Positions 12,681-23,862 of a stretch of DNA of 64,000 nucleotides are shown one piece after another; within the stretch, counting starts at the first letter, position 1; every line of letters starts with the position of its first letter. The DNA lies in contig NC_134468.1 of the NCBI RefSeq assembly GCF_964194025.1, forward strand, positions 3,224,001-3,288,000. Direction: 5' to 3'. This DNA is from Convolutriloba macropyga (lineage: Eukaryota). Below the pieces are notes generated by a model that had not been told where the DNA came from, did no database searches, and saw nothing but the letters and a program-made list of their open reading frames with translations. The position numbers and the translations under genes were made by a program.

Positions 12681-13370
12681 CAAATATGAAATAAAGGCAC
12701 GGTTGGCAACAAATACAAACAAAACAAGAAGAGTTATTTGTTTGGTTATTCTGTGAAGTGCTGTACGACGAAATTGTTGAAGGCATTCTTTGACCCGGCT
12801 GCTGCTTTCTCCTGCAATCTGGTGAACGATACTTTGTTTCGTACACAGTCTCCTTCGATTTGACTCATCCACGTTTTCCGTTGCCCCCCAGGAGCGCGTC
12901 TAGCATGGACGTATTGATCGGGCGGGTCCCAATCGAAGGCACTGCGGTCTAATCTTCCTGGTTCCATTCTCTGGATGTGTCCGTACCATTTTATCCGTTT
13001 GAGCATGATCATCGTGGATAGTTGGGGCATTCGTGATCTTGACATAATTTCTTCGTTCGTTGTTTTCTCCAGATATGACACACGTAGAATTCTCCGAAGA
13101 CAACCACAGTGGAAACTCTCAAGTTTTCTCTCCATTAATTTCGAAAGAGTCCAAGTCTCTGAGCTGTACAGCACGGCTGATAAAACGAGTGCTTTGTACA
13201 AATTGCACTTGAGGTGCACGCTGAGCTGCTTGCTCTTCCAGAGATTTTGGAAGTTAGCAAACCGTTGTCTACCTTCTGCAAGTTTGCAATTGACTTCCTG
13301 CAGGTCTCCATGCTTGAGGCTGACATATGATCCGAGATACTTGAACGCTTCTATGTTTTCAAATTCGTTT
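12681..13370 (-). mobile_element. RTE-type LINE, copy 3: 3' part of a diverged sister subfamily, bounded by gaps
   Basis: EFENIEAFKYLGSYVSLKHGDL...VLYSSETW...RIKWYGHIQRM...RAPGGQRKTW is homologous to the copy 1 C-terminus with many substitutions. Confidence 0.9.
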
Positions 13371-13873
13371 NNNNNNNNNNNNNNNNNNNNNNNNNNNNNN
13401 NNNNNNNNNNNNNNNNNNNNNNNNNNNNNNNNNNNNNNNNNNNNNNNNNNNNNNNNNNNNNNNNNNNNNNNNNNNNNNNNNNNNNNNNNNNNNNNNNNNN
13501 NNNNNNNNNNNNNNNNNNNNNNNNNNNNNNNNNNNNNNNNNNNNNNNNNNNNNNNNNNNNNNNNNNNNNNNNNNNNNNNNNNNNNNNNNNNNNNNNNNNN
13601 NNNNNNNNNNNNNNNNNNNNNNNNNNNNNNNNNNNNNNNNNNNNNNNNNNNNNNNNNNNNNNNNNNNNNNNNNNNNNNNNNNNNNNNNNNNNNNNNNNNN
13701 NNNNNNNNNNNNNNNNNNNNNNNNNNNNNNNNNNNNNNNNNNNNNNNNNNNNNNNNNNNNNNNNNNNNNNNNNNNNNNNNNNNNNNNNNNNNNNNNNNNN
13801 NNNNNNNNNAAACTACTACTACTACTACAATAACTACTACTGAAACAAAGAACAAGCTGTATGAAACGCTGCT

Positions 13874-14012
13874 AATGGCAATAAAATTGACAGAGAGATT
13901 CTGATTTGGGAAGAAAATCTCTGATAGGTTCATTTGACTTTCAGAAGTTTTGTTTAATCAAATATCAAGATACGCAGCAGTAATAATTATGGGGTAGAAT
14001 ATGGTTCCATTT
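13874..14012 (-). promoter_or_regulatory. Copy of a ~135-bp dispersed conserved block (ataaaattgacagagag...gtagaatatggttcca); candidate small-RNA/SL promoter
   Basis: Visible similarity to 35774-35905, 40676-40805 and 45820-45949. Function is inferred only. Confidence 0.4.
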
Positions 14013-14929
14013 TCCTTGGTAACAGAATCTTCAAATGTTGCAGATAAGGCGGCGTGACACTTCTTACTGCGCTTACTTTGCAAGGATGCATAGGCTCAAG
14101 CATTTTTTAAAATGAAAATCTGTAATTTTGGACTATATCTTGTTTCATTTTTTGTATTGTGAGTAAAATCGTTTGAAAAAATTGCAGCGCGCTATTGGCA
14201 AAACTAAAAGAAATGGCAAATCAGAAAAAAATTGCAGTAAAGCCTCAGTTGTGTAAAAATACCCAGTTTTGATCAAGAGGAGAATTTTTGTTTAATGGAT
14301 TGCTAATAATTTGTTTAGAATTAATTTAACACATTGCTAATAATATGTTAGAAAAATTTGCAGGAAACGTTTAATAAACTCCTACATTTATTTTGGCCAT
14401 TCCCATTCAAAAATCTTGGTCTTGCGGTTGCATTGCTTAGACAAAATCATGAAATTCACGGAGCAGTTTTTATTTTAGCAAGACTTGGAAACGATGTAAC
14501 TGCCAACTTTAAAAAAAGTTAACATCACATTTCTTTTTGTAATTTTCTGCAGTAGATGCAAATCCATTCACATTGGATACTAAAAAAATCATTGTGACTG
14601 TCAGTTGAAGGTTCTTCTATGATTATAGTTTTGATAATAATATTAAAAAGATAATAGTAATACTAAAAGTAGTATTAATNNNNNNNNNNNNNNNNNNNNN
14701 NNNNNNNNNNNNNNNNNNNNNNNNNNNNNNNNNNNNNNNNNNNNNNNNNNNNNNNNNNNNNNNNNNNNNNNNNNNNNNNNNNNNNNNNNNNNNNNNNNNN
14801 NNNNNNNNNNNNNNNNNNNNNNNNNNNNNNNNNNNAATAATCATAATAATAACAACAAAAATAATAAAAATAATAAAAATAATAACAAAATTTATAACAG
14901 TATTATTATAATAATGAGAATAAAAAATT

Positions 14930-17020
14930 GAGAACCTCCGAGAAGAGCTGCAACTAAGAAACTACATGTACTACTAATAAACACTTATATCTAATTGTTA
15001 TATAATAAAACTTTGTAAATGTGCTTCACTTAGACGTTTTCTCATGTGTTGCTATCCTACTAGTGATTAGTCTGATACATAACCGGTTGGTCTCTACCAA
15101 AGTGTGAAAACGCAGACGATAAAAGGCGCGTTAAAAAAATGCCCCCTGGGCTAAAGGAGAGTAATTAAACGTTTACAACGTTAGCTTTTTCTCAATCAGG
15201 ATTGAGTTGAGTATAGCAAACCAAAAAAATTTTACTCCAAGAGATTTCATACGCCATCGCCAAATCGCGCAGTCCAGAAAATCTCCAATTGGAGGGCACC
15301 TGTTCCAGGAATCAGGAGAAAATCACAAAACATAATGGCGAACATGACTTGCAAAATTCAAGAATGCATTCATGGCCCAACCTAATATAGAAGTAGACAA
15401 ACCACTGCGTCTAAAGCTGTCACGCAAAGTTCTAACCTACAATGCCAACACGAAAAGATGCCTTCCAGACCGAAACAGACAACAGAGCAAGACAAAAAGA
15501 GCGGAGGAATGTGAAACGCCGAAGGGATTGGAAAAACGAATGTAAAGGGATAGGGTCGAAAGTACCTCTTGTCGACAGAATCCCATGGTATGAGGCAGAC
15601 CTAAGTTAAAAAAGACATCATATATCTATCACTGCAATCAAAAGCATGACTCAGCTTCCCCCACAGAGACCCACATACAATTGACAGATGCACAACAAAT
15701 GAACTTGTCCATCAACTCAACTTCATCTCCAATAGACCTGGAAACATCACTTTTGACAGATTCCTACTGTTTAAATCCCAGCATCAATCTAATGAAAACC
15801 TAGGAACGTTTTACAGGCCAACGGGAAGGAAATTCTAAGAGCCAACACTAACTCCAGTTTGAATCTTGCGAGCTTCATGCGTCAAATTGGACAACCCCTA
15901 CAAACCGTTGCCAAAGGAAGAGAAATCGAACCCTGTTGGAATTGTGCAAAACTCCTTCATTCTAAATCATCTGTGAAAATTGCCCAGCTGGAAATTCAAT
16001 TCGCTTAGCTGCAAACAACACGGATTTTTGCCATAGTTTGAAAAGCCCAAATGCACTAACGGCTTTGCCAACAATGGCAATCATAAGGCCAAATCCAACA
16101 ACGAAACAACACAAACAATCCACAACAGAACATACAATAAAATCAAATACGCCGTGTACGCCTTATCAAAGACTCCACTTTCAAGAGCTAACAGAAACAG
16201 AAGATGGCAGAGAGGCCTTAATTGAAGACACCGAAGCTGAAAATACGCACAGAAGACTAAGCAAAGGTAAACCAAATTAAACCACAGCTTTCAATGAAGA
16301 GCTAAACTCGAAAATCAATAAAGACAAAGCAAGCGAATTATGGGTCGACAAAACATCCAAAAACAAACAAATCTACTGGTTTGCAGACACAAAGCACAAA
16401 AAAGCTTCGACTGGCAACAAACCAGCCCGTAACTGCATCAAAATTGTCTCAGATTCCTCGGTTCAAACTAATAGTGTAAAATGGACACTGAGGAATTATC
16501 CAAAATTGTTCTGCAGATTAAACCGATCAAAAATCTTATAGCCAGACCAACAATGAGAGAACAATTCACTCCGGCCGACAAATAGGTAGAAGAATCCGTC
16601 TCCACCTACTAGAAAAAGTAGAAAACAAAACCTAAAAATTAACCAAAGAAGAAAAAACTATAACACTTGTACATTGTTCTGGCAAACATTTCATAAGTTC
16701 AGTAGCCACTGCGGTTAAAGGTGATAAAAAGTGTACTGGATTTATTTAAATAAAATAGCACTGGATTTAAAGTTATTTAACGATGCAATTCACAAAAATA
16801 AATACCAAATGCAATGCATCAAACAACTCACAGATGAAGTAGCAACGTAAATTTCCGAAGGAAAGAAAAAATTGTCAATTTTTTTCAAAAACAGAACTCA
16901 AATATGCTTACAGTCAAATTCCTTTGGACCACATTATATAAAATTACTGTAATATCAGCATTCTAGGATGTAAGACAAGAGGCGCGTACAGATCTGTAAA
17001 TGGCTTCTATGGTCTCAAGC
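14930..17020 (+). mobile_element. Degraded Gypsy-type LTR retrotransposon fragment (possible LTR end and PBS ~15080-15100, gag/protease remnants, RT N-terminus)
   Basis: ~16750-17015 reads KIALDLKLFNDAIHKNKYQM...LKYAYSQIPLD...CNISILG...GAYRSVNGFYGL, the order of Gypsy RT motifs. Multiple stops and frameshifts. Confidence 0.7.
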
Positions 17021-20000
17021 AAACTTTCTCAAGCACCCAACCACTACCATTAGAAGCAATTTTTGTTAGCACTATCATCTTCTCGACTATAGTCCAGGTA
17101 TCGCTGCCAAATTCCTGATTACGGGTGTCATGAGCGAATTTGCATAAATCTCTATAAGCTCATCTTCCTGATCTTCGTTTTGACCCGGTTTTCAGAGTTG
17201 AAGATGAGCACTAAAATGAAATTTGTGATTCTTGTGAGGGTTCTTGTTCTAAAAGCAAATCGCTTTCTGATTTATGTTGGAGCATGAACTCAGCAAGGTT
17301 TGTGTTGGCTTGTGTTGTTGATAGCAGTAGGTGGTAGCTCTGAAGGGTACCATTAAAAGCAGTTTCAGCCTGAGCTTGAGTGGGTTGGAATTGATTGCCA
17401 AAGACAGGTGAAGACTGCAAAAAACTCATTTGCTGAGCAAATAGTCAGGTGTCGTTAAAGCCCATATAGCAGGACCGACAGCAACTTGTAAATTTTTGAT
17501 GCCAAGTCTTCATGTGTTCTTCCACTTCAGAAAGTTTTCTACAGGTGAACGAACAAATACAACAGGTAAAGGATGGTGAACCTACTTTGTCAGGATGGAA
17601 GCGATGCTCATGGCAGGATTGATTTCCACTGTTAGCAAAAATTGCTGAACAATATTTACAATTGAAAACGATAGTTGAAAAACTCAAGATTCAAAAGTTA
17701 GCAGAGATAATAACAACTTTTGTAAACGTGTAACTCAAATTCAAATGGCGACATTCTTTCTATTCCACACGAGGCTCATATAAAAAGCGCGTAATTCAAA
17801 CTTTCAAAATTTTCGAATTTGATTGGATAATAGGAACGGGCGTCTTATAGTTTATCCCGCATTAGTCAACTTCTATGAACATATCAATTTTTGGTGAACT
17901 AAAAGTAGCGCTTGACTTTACGTTTCCCACTGAACAACACTGACATGATGAAAGCTTTTAGGTCAAGTCAAAGTAATTTTTCATGAACTATTAATGACCT
18001 TGCAATCAAGTGTTTTCATCCTTGTTGGGGGAAGCTCTAATGACATAAACGAAGAGAAAACATTTGTGTTTCAACCCTTTATGTGTAATATTAGACTTCA
18101 GTAGCGTACCTAAAACGAAAACTTTGATTTGATTTCCTCAATTTTAAAAATCAATTATTTGAATTATTAAAAATATTCCAAAAACATCGTTTTTTGTCCA
18201 CTTTGTTAATTTTTAAGTAAAAGAGATGCTTGCGATGGTTAGGATGGACAGTTTCTTTATTGTCACGGTGTTTAAACAGCTCATAAATCAACAGCCGTTT
18301 TTCGGCCCTTACCTTTATGGTGCTGATTAGCTGTTTAATATTTGGCAATTATCTCATGAAGGATTGCGTATTGCGCTTTTTTGTAGTGCAATACGCAATC
18401 TGTTGGAGCCGAATTTTTTGGGGTAATAGATTATCATGAAAAACAAAATTTTGTTTTGTTTTTTTTCAAATTTTTAGAAAAAATGTGGTTATTTTTCTAT
18501 CAGATCGATAGTTCACAAAAACCACTCGGTGATGGCGTCCAAGTTTTGAGTTTTCGTACCGTCGAAAAAGTTTTATTAGTCAACAAAACGAGGAAATCAC
18601 AATTTTCGTTTAAAAAATCCATTCTTTTTTCCTCTTTTTTGCTGAAAAATGATGTTTTTTAACTACTTTTAACTTTTTAGACTAACACTTGAACTTTTTA
18701 ACTTTTTAACTTTTTTCACTAACACTTGAAGGTATACCCAACAGGAACGCTTTTATATTACCAGCAAAACAAGAACAATTTGATCAATAACGTTTTTTGT
18801 TTTAAAAGGAATTTATGCATTTGTTTTAAGGTTTTGTCCTAATTTATTTTTGCATTTTAATCGCTTTCTCAGCAAATTTTCTCTCAAACACTCAGAAGCT
18901 TGGTTGCTTCCTGTTTTATATTACCTTCTGGAAATGTTTGCACATGTCGATTTTGGAAGTTTGCAAGTTTTCTAGTTAAAATTATTGTTTACGTGACACA
19001 AGTGAACATGTTTGAACATGTCCATTTTTGTAAGATTCTAATTTTTAAGTCTGCAAGCTATAAAAAGATTAAAAGAAGAGTGTCAATTACGAGCTATCTA
19101 CAACAGCCAGTACCAATACACACCAAATTGCAAAAGCCGAGCCATTGGGTGTCTTGAAATCGGATGAAATTGTTTGCTGCTGTGTTGTCTGAAAGTTTGA
19201 ATCAGATAAAATATTGACATCAACCTGACTTGAACTTTCCAAATTGTAACAGATCTTGTTCTTCCTCTGGAAATCCTCAAAGAGTGATGAGCTTGGGGTT
19301 GCAGTAACGGTTGGGTTTGGATCCACAGCAAGAGTTGTTGGAAAACTGACTGAAACACTTGGTGGCTGACTGTCCGGTTTGGTGATGATTTGACACCCCA
19401 CATATCACTCAAATTTTCTTGGGTTTGATATGTGCCGAGTTGATTCTCGAATAACGGCACACAACCGCAGTCGTATTTGTACAAGATAGGAATCACTTCT
19501 TCAGGCAAGGTTTCTTCAGGTGAAAGCATCTGTGGCATAGTTCTTGGTGGTAAATTTCCTCCAGAATTAACGATACTGCTTTTAGACGGCTCCGTTTTTT
19601 CCGGTAGGGCAGCAATAACGTTAATAAACAGCTTCGGTATCAAACAATGCTGCTAAATCTACCACAAATCGTTTTTTTCCAAACTATTCTTGGTAAACAA
19701 GAGTTCTCTCAAAAGAAATAGTAGACTCCGAAAGAATTTTCACAGTTTCGTTTTCAAGTTCGTTTCAATAGTTAACTTTTAGGTATGTGCAAAAGAGAGC
19801 AATGAACACAAGTACAAATATATGTCGCAACATGTGTTTAATTGAAACAAAGTTCGCTTTTTTTAAGACCAAACATATGATTGGAGCATAGACGTTAGTC
19901 ACAACTAGTTGCATAATAAATCTCTCCTTGTATATAGCATGTGGTTTTTATTAGGCGCACTGTAGTTTCTTTACAGAGGACTTTGTTTTCACATCTACTT

Positions 20001-23000
20001 TTTATTGGTTTGTATGTAAATTCTGTGTGTGGTCTCTGCACTATACTATCTAGGATCACATCTGTTCTAAATTAACTGTGTTGATAAATTTATTGGTTTA
20101 TATACAAAACACATGTACCTGTTATCTTTGTTCGCAAGCAGGTTCACGTAACTAATGGTTTGTAGAAGTATGGTTTTATTTCACTATAATCTCAAGTTAC
20201 ATACGTATAAAAATCTAAAATGAACAGTCTCAAGTACGCCGTGGGGCGTGGTTGAGACTGTATTTACCAATCACTTGGAATAAATTTAAAAAATGATGAC
20301 ACTGGTTTGATCCCAACTTGCCGCGCATCCTAATTTTGTAGTTATTAACATTATGTTGACTGGATGTGATAAAACAAGTTGCCCACCACGTCTTTTACTT
20401 CTTGAAAAGACACTCAGTTTCGATATTCCTGTTTCGACATTTCACAAACTGAAAAGCGTTTGGTCAGGGTAACTTTAAAAATTTGCGAAAGAACCGGAAC
20501 ATATGTTCTAAAGTTGTTGAAGAAAGCGGCGAAGGATCACAAATTCGAACATAGAGTTTTGTTAATTTAATTTGGAAGAGTTTGGAAATTTTGTCAAAAA
20601 AAACTGAAAAAATACGTGAAGCTGCAACGCAGGATTCCCCATCAAAACCAGCCCCAGTAAAGAAGAGAAACTTGATCAGTGTAGTAAACATGATGGAGGC
20701 AATGTTTGAGCGCTCCCCCTACTTTTTCAAAAGAATTCAAAAACAGTTCAAGTTTTTAATTGTTGACGAAAAGCCAAGATTAACAGCATTGAATAACTAT
20801 GCTGTTTCATCATTTTGATTTTGAATTTTGTTAGTTACCAACTGACCATTTTCACGTTCTGATTGAGAATGCAATCGATGTTGAGACCATGAAGCCAATC
20901 AGAACTTTTGCGGTTCCCTGTCTCTTCACTACTTTCAGACACTTTTTTTCAACTTCAACGAGTAAGGAGTTTAAAGGAGATACATTTTAAAAATTACAGC
21001 TTTCAGTTGACTTTAACAACAGATCTGGAGACAAAATTGATACCGCAAATGTACGCAAGCAATTCCTTTTCAACAGCGGCAACAAAACTACCAAAATCAA
21101 CAGCAGACGGTTTTGAGTCAGTGTTGCCTTTTCTATCAATAATATCATTAAATACAAAACATGGTCCTATTATAAAAATTGAACTGCGGTGAAGAAACAA
21201 TTGATTTTGCGTTATGATTTTGTTTGCGGCGGATGGGAGAGGTGAATGGTTTTTTGGAGTCCTTTGGCAGTGAACTTTGTTCCATCCGTGTCGTAAAAAA
21301 GTAAATTGAGTGAAAAACAAGATTTTGAAGTAAAAATACGAATACCTGGAAGAATTGGGGTAACTGAATTTTGTAAGCGGAAGTAAACAAATGACTGAAA
21401 TAACTTCAAGAATATCCTGGATATATCAAGCCAAAGAATATTATGTAAAAAACGAGAAAAATGTGAACAAAAGACTTCGTAGGCAGTAGGAACTTATAAA
21501 AGACTCCGTTTATCAGATGAAAATGGAGTCCTCATAATGACGTAATAATTATATCGTTTCTATTTTCAGTAAAATCACATGAGTTCTCCATAAAAAGTGC
21601 CGTGGGGATGAGTATAGCGAGAGATAAAAGTGACTTGTCTTACTCTTAGTATTTATATTGAAGAGCACCTGTAGTTCCAGAAAAGAGTATTTGGATAAAA
21701 TGATTGACTCTCATCATTATCATTTGAATTTTCTTCGATCGGAGGTAGAATAAGGTCTTCAAAATAGGGCAAATTGAATTGGCTTCTAATTTTTTAGAAA
21801 ATGAGCCAGCATGTTTGGCATGTTTGGAGAACAGGTTTTCTACTCAACAAACACCGTAGTGATTTCAGTCACGGGAGTACGGGAACAAAATACTTTTATT
21901 GTCTTTCAACGGGTAAAACTCTTGTTCTTTTCAAATTTTTCCAATGTTTTGAAATGAAGTTGGGAGAGAAAGCAGTGAATTGTTGACTTCTTTTTGGCCA
22001 GGTGGAGGTTATGATTTCTACCTGTACATATCCTTCGGAAGTGTGAAGCCAATAGTCTGTCTTTTTATTATTACACTACTGCAATCTACATCAAATGATA
22101 ATTCCAATTTGTTATCGGTTAATACTGTTTTGAATTTTGATGCTTCGATGTTAGGAGCGTAATCTAAGCGTGAGTGAAGTGTTAAGAAGTGTAAAGAAAA
22201 GATGTTGAGCGAAGTAAAGGAAGAATTGGAGCATTTTGCATATTTCAGACCACTTATGTTGAGCTCAGATAAAACACAAATTGAATCGATTTTGTTTCTC
22301 AGGATCAACAAAATCAAAAATCAAATTTGACCGATTATATGATTGGATAAAGAAAAGCAAGAATTGGTTGTTTTCAAAATGAAATTAATTTCCTATTTGA
22401 CAATTGGGAAACAAAAAGTTCAGTTTAAAGCGACACAGTAAAATGAAATTCTAAAAAAGAAATTAAACAAAAATACTTTGAAAAATTCAAAAAGTGGAAA
22501 ATGGAAAAGAAGAAAAATTAAATAACCCAATTTTTATAGAAAACTTTATGTCGAAAACGACATTTTTCAATCAATTTTTATCTAAGTTAAACAATATTTT
22601 AAAAATTTAATTGAACAAAAATCGCTTCAAGACATCAAAAACTAAAAATCTGAAAAATCTATTGTTTCGTTTGTAAAAAATGAAAACACCAATTAATTGT
22701 TTAGAATTTTATCTAAAAAGCGCCAGTTTTTAACCATTTCTGCGCATTTAAATGAGAAAAAACCACATTCTAAAATTTTAATTGAACTAAAAATTGCTTA
22801 AAAACATCGAAAGTTAATAAATCGAAAAACGAAAATAATCAAACGAACATTTTTGGGGAAAAAATTTAAGTTAAGAACGACAATTTCGCATCAAAATTTA
22901 TTCAAAAGAAAGAAAATTGTAAAAGCGGAAAATGAAATAAAGCAAAAAATCTGTGACTAATAGTTTAATCATGCGATCTTGCAAAGAAATGAGTCATCCT

Positions 23001-23862
23001 ATCTAATTCATCATAAAAAACATTATCTTCGTAATACCCTTCGAGTGAACAACTTGGGTATTGTGCTGTGCGGTACGTCTTTGCAAAACACGTAAGCCGT
23101 TCTTAATTTTCAATGAGTCATATTAATTTTTCATTGAAGGGTTATCTTGACAATCTTCTTTGTGTGAACAGCTTTGGTATCATGCTGTGAGTTTAGTGTT
23201 TTGAAATTGTTATTAGTTAAGTGTAAAATAGGAACGGTTGATTGACTAATTTGTTTTTAAGGGATTAGCATGGTAATTCTTTTCTTGTGAACAGCTTGGG
23301 TATCATGCTGTGAGGTACATCTTTGGAAATTGACATTATTAAAGTAAAATATGGGAAAAGTAAATGACCTTACTAATTTGTTACTAAGAGATGATCTTGC
23401 TAATCACCTTCGTGGGAACAGCTTGGTTATCATGCTGAGGTGTTAGTCTTTGGAATTTGACATTAGTAAACTGTAAAATGGGAAAGTTAAATGATATTAC
23501 AATTTTGTTACTAAGAGATTATCTTGCTAACCCCTTTCGTGTGAAGAGCTTGAGTATCATGCTGTCAGGTACATTTTTGAAAGTCTTTAAGCCATACGTA
23601 AGTTTAATAAATTCGTCCTATCTCATTCAACAATAAAACGCTACCTAACTAATCCCTTTCGTGTGAAGAGCTTGAATAAGTCGTACGTTACTGTACATGA
23701 GTCCTTTTAAAATATTATTAAAGGTTTATTTGCTCATTGTTTTTGTGTCAACAGCCTGAGTACCATGCTGTGAGGTTTTCTTTGGATTTTAGGGGAGTAT
23801 GGGCTGTCTGATGTTAAAACATAGGTATATCTTTTTACCCCCTGTCCTGGTCACGATATACT
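17021..23862 (-). mobile_element. Probable Polinton/Maverick-like remnant: C2H2 zinc fingers plus PolB-type N-terminal region (17021-17750), unassigned ORF remnants, subterminal repeats, possible terminus at 23862
   Basis: ORF 17445-17687 has C2H2 fingers (CKYC...HEHRFH, CCIC...HMKTWH, CRSC). It is followed by ETAFNGTLQSY...NLAEFM and IASNGSGWVLEKV (~17022-17060). The right end reads AGTATATCGTG on the minus strand (AG...CT-type terminus). Confidence 0.45.

Noticed and set aside
10448-14844. Long ORFs in the track that span N-runs (also 36266-36523)
   Set aside because: Artefacts of translating through assembly gaps. Only the RTE- or CRE-homologous portions are meaningful.
23030-23780. CRISPR-like conserved core with variable spacers
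   Set aside because: The ~90-bp intervals are homologous to each other and the cores are degenerate, so this is an old tandem repeat.
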